Source of the DNA: Candidatus Heimdallarchaeota archaeon
GTDB lineage: Archaea > Asgardarchaeota > Wukongarchaeia > Wukongarchaeales > JBHIFL01
Direction of reading: 5' to 3'
Length of the DNA: 31,956 nucleotides
NCBI GenBank assembly: GCA_046761065.1
Contig: JBHIFL010000049.1
Location: 1-31,956, forward strand
Below are positions 1 to 7,420 of the stretch, in pieces (within the stretch, counting starts at the first letter, position 1; each line of letters begins with the position of its first letter). The translations under genes and the position numbers were made by a program. The notes beneath the pieces are model-generated. The model worked only from the letters and a program-made list of their open reading frames with translations. It had not been told where the DNA came from and made no database searches.

Positions 1-28
1 CTCCTATTTACTTGAAAGGAGAATTAAG

Positions 29-790
29 ATGCGTCTTAAGGACAAAGTTGCTCTAATTACAGGAGGGACATCTGGAATAGGTCGGGCTACAGCTATCCTT
101 TTTGCCCAAGAGGGTGCAATAATCTCTATAACTGGGCGTAATGAATCTAGGGGACAAAAAGTAGTGAAGGCGATAAAAAATGTCGGTGGGGAGGCGATTT
201 TCATTCGAACCGATGTCCGTTTCGCTGATGAATGTCAAAAAAGCGTGGAAAAGACGTTACAAGCCTATGGTCACTTGGATGTCCTCTTCAATAATGCGGG
301 GGTCTGGTTCCCTAATACGGTGGTGGATTGTACCGAGGAAGAGTGGGATCTTACTGTGGATATCAGCCTAAAGGGAACATATCTGATGTCGAAGTTTGTT
401 TTACCCACAATGATTGCTCAAGGAAACGGAGTGATCATCAACAACAGTTCTGGCTGGGGGATCGTTGGAGGTCCTAGTGCAGCTGCCTATTGTGCCGCTA
501 AAGGGGGTGTAGTGCTCTTGACAAAGGCCATGGCCATAGACCACGGCCCTCAAGGTATTCGCATTAATTGCATATGTCCTGGGGATACAAAAACCCCCAT
601 GCTCACCGAAGATGCTCAAAAGCGAGGTATTCCTTGGGAAAAATATCTTGCTGATGCTGCTGACCGTCCCTTAAGGCGTATTGGTACACCTGAAGAGATT
701 GCCAAAGCAGTACTTTTTCTGGCTTCGGATGATTCTTCTTATATGACTGGTGCGGCCCTAGTAGTTGATGGTGGCGGCATAGCAGATTAA
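29..790 (+). CDS. Classical short-chain dehydrogenase/reductase (SDR)
   Basis: TGGTSGIG Rossmann motif, NNAG, catalytic YCAAK (YxxxK), C-terminal DGG; GGAG SD upstream of ATG. Confidence 0.95.
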   Translation: MRLKDKVALITGGTSGIGRATAILFAQEGAIISITGRNESRGQKVVKAIKNVGGEAIFIRTDVRFADECQKSVEKTLQAYGHLDVLFNNAGVWFPNTVVDCTEEEWDLTVDISLKGTYLMSKFVLPTMIAQGNGVIINNSSGWGIVGGPSAAAYCAAKGGVVLLTKAMAIDHGPQGIRINCICPGDTKTPMLTEDAQKRGIPWEKYLADAADRPLRRIGTPEEIAKAVLFLASDDSSYMTGAALVVDGGGIAD

Positions 791-890
791 CCTTTAAAGG
801 TGTATACTGTTCCTTAAGGCAAGCTTAACATTTCAATACGAGGAAATCTTATTGATTAGAGTGATGGAACAGAATGTGAAGGGGAAAATC

Positions 891-1643
891 ATGCGTGGAT
901 TGAAAGGTAAACGAATTCTTATTACCGGTGGAGCTCGTGGCATTGGCGCAGCAACCGCAAAGAGGTTTCTCGAGGAGGGGTCACGTGTTATTGTACTTGA
1001 TTGCGACAATGATGGACTCCAGCGCATCAAGCGAGAGCTGCCGATGCTGAGTGGTGCCATTCATGCAGATGTTTCTGACACTAAGGCAGTTTCACGGGCT
1101 TTCGATGAACTGGATGACCTGATTGGGGGATTAGATATTTTGATTAACAATGCTGGGATTAGCATTAGACATTCCTTTATGGATATCACTCCCCAAGAGT
1201 GGCTTAGAGTCATGGATGTTAACCTGAATGGAATGTTCTTTGTGGCGCAACAGGCTGCGCGCAGAATGCTGGCTGGCGGTGGTGGCGTTATTTTAAACAT
1301 GGGTTCAACGAATGGAATCATGGGGTATCCATATTACGCGGATTATAATGCCTCGAAGGCAGGTGTCATCGAATTAACACGATCAATGGCACTTGAATTA
1401 GCTCCAACCGTCCGTGTCAATGTTATCTGCCCAGGGTATATCTTAACCCCAATGCAAGAAGCAGAATACATCCCGGAAATGCTTCGTGAATGTGAGAGTA
1501 AAATTCCATTGGGTCGACTTGGGCGTCCAGAAGAAGTGGCGGCTCTCTTTGCTTTTCTTGCTTCTGACGATGCAAAATTTATTACAGGTCAATTATTTGT
1601 GATTGATGGGGGCGAAATCGCGGGGGGACTAGCAAGTCGATAG
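891..1643 (+). CDS. Classical SDR (second of tandem pair)
   Basis: TGGARGIG, NNAG, YNASK motifs; start placed at ATG 891 (MRGLKGKRILITGG) after AAGGGG rather than at 852. Confidence 0.93.
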   Translation: MRGLKGKRILITGGARGIGAATAKRFLEEGSRVIVLDCDNDGLQRIKRELPMLSGAIHADVSDTKAVSRAFDELDDLIGGLDILINNAGISIRHSFMDITPQEWLRVMDVNLNGMFFVAQQAARRMLAGGGGVILNMGSTNGIMGYPYYADYNASKAGVIELTRSMALELAPTVRVNVICPGYILTPMQEAEYIPEMLRECESKIPLGRLGRPEEVAALFAFLASDDAKFITGQLFVIDGGEIAGGLASR

Positions 1644-1673
1644 GATAAGTCTCACTCATACACCTAGATATTT

Positions 1674-1799
1674 ATTTTAAAAGATAAGACCCGTTAGGAT
1701 ACGATGAGGTTTTGATCAAGATGATTCAAATATTTGCAAGATATAGCAATATTGCATATTTTGCATAAATCATGCAATATGCAAAATTTTAAAAGATAA
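1674..1799. repeat. 14-bp direct repeat ATTTTAAAAGATAA (1674-1687, 1786-1799) flanking an array of TGCA-core motifs
   Basis: Read directly: TGCA at 1735, 1753, 1762, 1773, 1780; palindrome GCAATATTGC at 1746-1755. Confidence 0.7.
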
Positions 1800-1877
1800 C
1801 GCTATCATAACGTATCACAACTCCAATCTTGATCTTCCAAGGAAAATATGGTTGAATTCATTCAAAATAAATAAGAA

Positions 1878-2306
1878 GTGTTAATAATGGGATTAACCAC
1901 GGGAAACGCGTTTATCTTAAATCAGAATGTTTTTACACTTCTTATCTTAATAGTTCTGCTTTTAGGTCTTGTAAATGGACTATTTGTGGTTTGGAAATAT
2001 AAGAATGCATTAGCGGCTAATTGGAATCATATAAACAAGGAAAAATCATCAATCAAAATAAATTCGGGATTTAATGGATTTATCATTGCTTTTGTAGTAT
2101 TAGTAACATTATTATTAATTGAGCACCATTATATTAAGATATTAATCGATAGTGTATTAATATTTACAATAATAGTGATTGGATTTTATGGCATTCTTTC
2201 TGTAATTCTTGTTCGGCTTTCAACCAAAATGGAATGCATCAATCCAAGTCAAAATGCCTGTATTACTCGTACTGGGCTTCATATTCAAATTGAATCCAGC
2301 AAGTAG
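1878..2306 (+). CDS. Hypothetical membrane protein (about 3 TM helices), very AT-rich
   Basis: Three long hydrophobic stretches in 142 aa; start uncertain; family not recognised. Confidence 0.55.
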   Translation: MLIMGLTTGNAFILNQNVFTLLILIVLLLGLVNGLFVVWKYKNALAANWNHINKEKSSIKINSGFNGFIIAFVVLVTLLLIEHHYIKILIDSVLIFTIIVIGFYGILSVILVRLSTKMECINPSQNACITRTGLHIQIESSK

Positions 2307-2499
2307 TTCTAGGGTAGGTAAGTGTAATGGATTCACATCCGTGAGAAAAAAAATTGTAATACATCGTGAAAACTTGTAATCTGTAAGGCTTTAGATAATT
2401 AATTGCGCTTTATATTGTATTTGGAATTAAAAATGAGGGCATTGAAATGATAATCCCCTTCTGAATCTATGATAAATCAGTCTTAAGGAGTGAAAGAGG

Positions 2500-2640
2500 G
2501 TGAACAACTCAGAAACTATATTGAAAAATCCTAGCGATAAAATCATATTAACAGAATCAGAGGGAACTATCTTCTCATACAAAGTTGAAGATATCATTTT
2601 CTGCTTAAATAACGTCTGCTGTGATTGTTATTATATTTAA
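2500..2640 (+). CDS. Small 46-aa ORF with Cys-rich C-terminus (MNNSETILKNPSDKIILTESEGTIFSYKVEDIIFCLNNVCCDCYYI)
   Basis: Translated by hand; GTG start 9 nt after AGGAG (2486-2490), TAA at 2638-2640; below the ORF-track cutoff. Confidence 0.45.
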   Translation: MNNSETILKNPSDKIILTESEGTIFSYKVEDIIFCLNNVCCDCYYI

Positions 2641-2849
2641 AAAAAATGATCGAAGAATAGCCAATTAAGGGATCCTTTCTCCTTGAATAAGAAGGAACCA
2701 TAATAACTTCAAGATGATTATTAATTGTAATAAAATGTTTCAAAATTCAAATCCTAAAACCTGAAGCCCATAACATTGTTTGGGAAAATATGAGAGATAT
2801 TATTAATATATTCTTGTAAAGAAGCATTGAAAAATTCAGGTGAGGCGGT

Positions 2850-4292
2850 TTGGAGGTAACCCTGATCAATCCGCCAATAAGCGTGAGTAACCCCGAAGTT
2901 GTATCAGTTCTAGAAATAAATACGCCCCCTATGGGGTTAGCTTCTCTCGCAGCACCTCTAGAACATGCTGGTTATGGTGTTACGATAATCGATGCGCCGA
3001 TTCTCAACCTCTCTTTCACCCAACTTGGAAAGCAGCTTGCGAAAAAGCAACCTGAGGTGATCGGTGTAACTGCCATGACTCCTCAAATAATCGATGCCCT
3101 TCGGACAATCTCTATCGCAAAAAAAGCGTGTCCCGAAGCAGTCACGGTACTTGGAGGCGCTCATGCCACATTTCTTCCTGTTAAAACCCTTCAAAGCTGC
3201 TCAGAACTTGATGTTGTGTGTGTAGGGGAAGGCGAACAGACCCTTCTAGAATTAGTGCAAACCATTGAGAAAAATGGACGGTTTTCTAAAATTCGAGGAA
3301 CATACAGCCGTGATAATGGTCGATTGATCGAAAACGAGAGAAGGCCTCCGGTGTCAAATTTAGATGATCTCCCATTTCCAGCCAGACATCTCTTAGAAAT
3401 GGACAAGTATAGGGTCCTTGGGAAAAAAATAGCAATCGGTGCTATTCTAACAAGTCGTGGGTGTCCATTTCGTTGCGCGTTCTGTTCATCAAATCGAATT
3501 TTTGGGAAAAAATTTCGGGCCAGAAGTCCAGAAAATGTGTTAGATGAGATTGAACAGGTAATAACGGACTATAAACCTGCTACCATAGAATTTTCTGATG
3601 ATCTCTTCACCTTAAATCACAAACGAGTACAGGATATTTGTAAGGAATTCAAGAAACGTGGAATTGATTTACCTTGGGCATGTTCATCGCGGGTGAACAC
3701 GGTTTCCAGAACTCTTCTTTGTGAAATGAAGCGTGCAGGATGCAAATTGATATTCTATGGAATTGAATCAGGCTCCCAACGCATCCTCAATGCCATGCAT
3801 AAAGGGATTACGATCGAACAAATCGAAAAGGCTATCAAGTGGACAAATCAAGCAAGAATCGACACATATGGCGCCTTTATTTTAGGGTGGCCTGGAGAAA
3901 CGATTCAAGAAATAAATCAAACAATAGCTTTTGCGAAGAAACTTGATCTTGATTTCTCTCAATTCTCAATCGCTACCCCTTATCCAGGTACTTCCCTCTA
4001 CGATGCGGTTAAAGAAAAGGGACTGTTAACCACTGAAGATTGGACTCAATTTACCGCGGGTCGTCCTATTTTCGCTACAAATCAATTTTCGGAAAAGGAA
4101 TTACGTGCTCTTCTACGAAAAGCATATAAGAACTTCTACCTCCGCTCAAAATTTTTGATTCGCCAATTAAAGAAACGCGGCGTCAAATCCTTTTTGTATC
4201 TAACTCGTTTCGTAGTTGGGAAGTCGCTGCAAACGTTCTTCACTAAAAATTCCTCTCAAATTTCGGATGAATTTGCAAATATTGAGGATTGA
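2850..4292 (+). CDS. Cobalamin-binding radical SAM enzyme (class B methyltransferase-like; candidate Gmm-type lipid methylase)
   Basis: N-terminal B12-binding domain (LINPP, PPMGLASLAA, LGGAHAT, GEGE), SRGCPFRCAFC (CxxxCxxC), GIESG, TPYPGT. Confidence 0.92.
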   Translation: MEVTLINPPISVSNPEVVSVLEINTPPMGLASLAAPLEHAGYGVTIIDAPILNLSFTQLGKQLAKKQPEVIGVTAMTPQIIDALRTISIAKKACPEAVTVLGGAHATFLPVKTLQSCSELDVVCVGEGEQTLLELVQTIEKNGRFSKIRGTYSRDNGRLIENERRPPVSNLDDLPFPARHLLEMDKYRVLGKKIAIGAILTSRGCPFRCAFCSSNRIFGKKFRARSPENVLDEIEQVITDYKPATIEFSDDLFTLNHKRVQDICKEFKKRGIDLPWACSSRVNTVSRTLLCEMKRAGCKLIFYGIESGSQRILNAMHKGITIEQIEKAIKWTNQARIDTYGAFILGWPGETIQEINQTIAFAKKLDLDFSQFSIATPYPGTSLYDAVKEKGLLTTEDWTQFTAGRPIFATNQFSEKELRALLRKAYKNFYLRSKFLIRQLKKRGVKSFLYLTRFVVGKSLQTFFTKNSSQISDEFANIED

Positions 4293-4305
4293 AGGTGAGA
4301 TACTT

Positions 4306-5781
4306 ATGGCGAAGATAAATGCCATGGAAAGTAGCTTATTCCTCAAATCAACCATTGACCGCCCGATAATTCGGGCAATTCTGAAGCTGTTTAGTGGAAA
4401 ATGCGATAAAGATCGAAAAACCCATTTAGAAGTCGCCCTTGAACAGTATGTTGAGGAAGGACGAGGGCAAGCTTGCTTTTTATGCAGCCATATTGTGAGT
4501 CCTCTACTTCAGTGGGTCTTGAGAAAAGGCAGCACCGCTTTTGGCGTTTCAGAAGCCCAGTTGAAAGAACGGTTCAAGAATCCGTATGCTAGGCGAGGAC
4601 TTGCTAGTGTTATCCGAGGAATTAGCAAATACGGCGCACATCGACCTTTTGTGCCAGCCGCTCCCTTCTTAATTGTCTGGGATTTTACTTATAGTTGTAA
4701 TCTACACTGTAAGCATTGCTATGCAAGCGCAGGAACAGCATGGAAAGATGAACTCTCTACTCAAGAAGCTCTTCAAGTTGTAGAAGAGTTGGCTGACAGT
4801 GGGGTATCCATTATTGCTTTCAGTGGTGGTGAACCCCTACTTCGTAAGGATTTCTTTCAAGTAGTAGCTCATGCCCACCATTGCGGCATTTTCACCGCCG
4901 TCGCCACCAATGGCACATTGCTAACTCCAAAACTAGCGGAGAAACTGAAAGCCGCCCAGATCGGGTATGTTCAGATTAGCCTTGATGGCGCTACCCCAGC
5001 AACCCATGATGCCTTCCGGGGTATTCCTGGAGTCTTCCAGAAAACAATTCAGGGAATCAAAAATTGCCATAAAGCAGGTATATTCGTTGAAGTGGCCACT
5101 ACTGTGACGATTTTTAACTATCGTGAGGTTCCAGCTATCATTGATCTCTGTCGAACGATTGGCGTGGATTGGTTCATGCATTATAACTTTATCCCAACCG
5201 GGCGAGGTGATTTTATCACAGATAATGATTTATCACCTGAAAATCGGGAAGAACTCTTAAGATTCCTATTCCGGGAGAATGAAAAGGGAGGAATGCAGCT
5301 TTTATCTACAGCTCCCCAATTTGCTCGAGTTAGTCTCCAAGAAGCATCTCCTGACGACGAGGAGTTCATCATCCCGACTCATTTTTATAACCCTCGGCTT
5401 GGTGGAAAATTGCAAAATCTAAGCGAATTCATCGGTGGCTGTGGGGCAGGACGTTTTTATGCGGCGTTACGGGCAAACGGGAATATTGATCCCTGCGTTT
5501 TTTTGCCTTGGACGGTAGGTAATATCCGTAAAGATAATTTTGAAGAGCTCTGGGATCACAGTGATATCTTTAAAGTACTACGCGATAGGAGTCACCTTGA
5601 AGACAATTGTGGTAGTTGTGCGTATAAATATGTATGTGGCGGGTGTAGAGCCCGAGCTTATAGCTATTTTCATCGCTTAACTGCTCCTGATCCAGGGTGC
5701 ATTCGGAATATTGAAGCATACAAGACATTTGTTCCTCAACACATCTTAAAAGGACAAAGAGTGGCTAAAACCTTTGGTTAA
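4306..5781 (+). CDS. Radical SAM/SPASM enzyme with long N-terminal extension (candidate Gms-type GMGT synthase)
   Basis: CNLHCKHC, FSGGEP, SLDG; SPASM cysteines CGAG..PC..CGSC..VCGGCRA..DPGC; ATG 4306 follows GGTGA, 13 nt after upstream stop. Confidence 0.92.
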   Translation: MAKINAMESSLFLKSTIDRPIIRAILKLFSGKCDKDRKTHLEVALEQYVEEGRGQACFLCSHIVSPLLQWVLRKGSTAFGVSEAQLKERFKNPYARRGLASVIRGISKYGAHRPFVPAAPFLIVWDFTYSCNLHCKHCYASAGTAWKDELSTQEALQVVEELADSGVSIIAFSGGEPLLRKDFFQVVAHAHHCGIFTAVATNGTLLTPKLAEKLKAAQIGYVQISLDGATPATHDAFRGIPGVFQKTIQGIKNCHKAGIFVEVATTVTIFNYREVPAIIDLCRTIGVDWFMHYNFIPTGRGDFITDNDLSPENREELLRFLFRENEKGGMQLLSTAPQFARVSLQEASPDDEEFIIPTHFYNPRLGGKLQNLSEFIGGCGAGRFYAALRANGNIDPCVFLPWTVGNIRKDNFEELWDHSDIFKVLRDRSHLEDNCGSCAYKYVCGGCRARAYSYFHRLTAPDPGCIRNIEAYKTFVPQHILKGQRVAKTFG

Positions 5782-5932
5782 AATAACTGAGTCGTTTATT
5801 TTCCTGCTCTGATGGTTCAAATTGAGATCCGATCCTCGTTTGGAAAGAAACTCAATATTAACGCTTAGAAACTCAAAATAACTGTTTCAATTGACAATTC
5901 CATTGCTTTCCCACTTATCTTCTAGCAAGAGC

Positions 5933-7360
5933 TTAGGTAATTGAAGCAGCAATATTTGTGATTAATTTCCAAGCGCTCTCCACATGATTTTGGTTTACGT
6001 TTGTTTGACCAATGACAAGCCGAAGTGTATAAACGCCATTTAGTTTGGTATGAGTCATATACAATTTCCCTGTGTGGTTTAAACGTTCTAGTAATGTGGC
6101 ATTTATCTGATTCAGTTGATCTAAATCCTTTATGTTGGGTGGTTTATAGTGAAAACAGACGGTATTCAATGGAACGGGTGCTAGAAGTTTAAAATTCTCG
6201 GATTCTTCAATTTTCTTAGCTAAAGCTTGAGCCAATTGAATATGATACTGAATTTTTCGCTGCAAGCCTTTAATTCCATAGTGACGAATAACAAACCATA
6301 ATTTCAATGCTCGGAACCGTCTTCCAAGAGGAATACTCCAATCCCGGTAATTATTCACACGGTCCTTCTCTTTAGTTTTCAAATACTCTGGTAAAATTTC
6401 AAACGTTTGGATTAAAGCTGCTGGATCTTTAACAAAATATGCAGAACAATCGAAATTGGTAAACATCCATTTGTGAGGGTTAAAAACAAACGTATCCACA
6501 TATTCAATGCTATCAATCATCCACCGATATTCAGGCAATAAAAGAGCAGTCCCAGCGAGTGCCGCATCGACATGTAGCCAAATATTATACTTCGCACAAA
6601 TTTCTCCGATTTCTCTTAAAGGATCAATTGCGGTGGACCCGGTCGTGCCTAAAGTAGCTATAACACAAAGAGGATGATAACCACTCGAGAGATCCCTTTG
6701 AATGGCAGCCTCTAGCTCCTCAGGGAGTAGCGCATACTTTTCATCTACAGGGATCTTCCTTAGATAATCCTTTCCTAAACCAGCGATCTTAACCCCTTTC
6801 TCGATAGAGGAGTGGGTCTCTCGGGAACAATAGGTGGTAAAGATTCCTTTATCGTTCATCCCACTTTCATTTATCTTATAATTAGAAGCCTTTTCTCTGG
6901 CTGTTAAAATCGAACATAACGTTGCCGTAGACGCTGAATCCTGAATCACACCTGTAAATGTTGAGGGCAATCCGATCAGTTTTCCTAGCCATTGCATCAC
7001 TAACTCCTCTAATTCCGTAGCCGCGGGTGACGTTTGCCAAATCATACATTGGGCTCCGATGGTAGCAATTAACATTTCTGCAAGGATCGAAGGGGGACTG
7101 TTATTGGCTGGAAAATAGGCAAAAAAGGAGGGATGCTGCCAATGCGTTATCCCAGGTAAAATTAAATTTCTAAAATCAGCCATAATGTCCTCAAATTCCT
7201 GAGGCTCTTGAGGAGGATCACTTGGAAGTTGATTGATAATCTCTTTCGGTTTGACTTGGGACATTACGGGGTATGATTCAATGTTATCAAGATAATTAGC
7301 CATCCAATCGACAAGCTCATGGGCATATCGTTTAAACGCCTCTATTCTCATAAACTTCAT
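5933..7360 (-). CDS. Aromatic L-amino acid (DOPA) decarboxylase-like group II PLP enzyme
   Basis: PGITHWQHPSFFAYFP, SPAATELE, WLHVDAA, PLP lysine in NPHKW, IPLGRRFRALKLW. Confidence 0.92.
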   Translation of the reverse strand: MKFMRIEAFKRYAHELVDWMANYLDNIESYPVMSQVKPKEIINQLPSDPPQEPQEFEDIMADFRNLILPGITHWQHPSFFAYFPANNSPPSILAEMLIATIGAQCMIWQTSPAATELEELVMQWLGKLIGLPSTFTGVIQDSASTATLCSILTAREKASNYKINESGMNDKGIFTTYCSRETHSSIEKGVKIAGLGKDYLRKIPVDEKYALLPEELEAAIQRDLSSGYHPLCVIATLGTTGSTAIDPLREIGEICAKYNIWLHVDAALAGTALLLPEYRWMIDSIEYVDTFVFNPHKWMFTNFDCSAYFVKDPAALIQTFEILPEYLKTKEKDRVNNYRDWSIPLGRRFRALKLWFVIRHYGIKGLQRKIQYHIQLAQALAKKIEESENFKLLAPVPLNTVCFHYKPPNIKDLDQLNQINATLLERLNHTGKLYMTHTKLNGVYTLRLVIGQTNVNQNHVESAWKLITNIAASIT

Positions 7361-7420
7361 CCCATCTTTATTTTATATGAGATTCTCAGGAGAAAATACA
7401 TTGCTATTGTATCGTTTAGT

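Noticed and set aside
1674-1820. CRISPR array
   Set aside because: Only two 14-bp copies, no regular repeat-spacer period, no cas genes
4216-4305. N-terminal extension of the SPASM protein given in the ORF track
   Set aside because: It overlaps the upstream gene; the GGTGA SD supports ATG 4306
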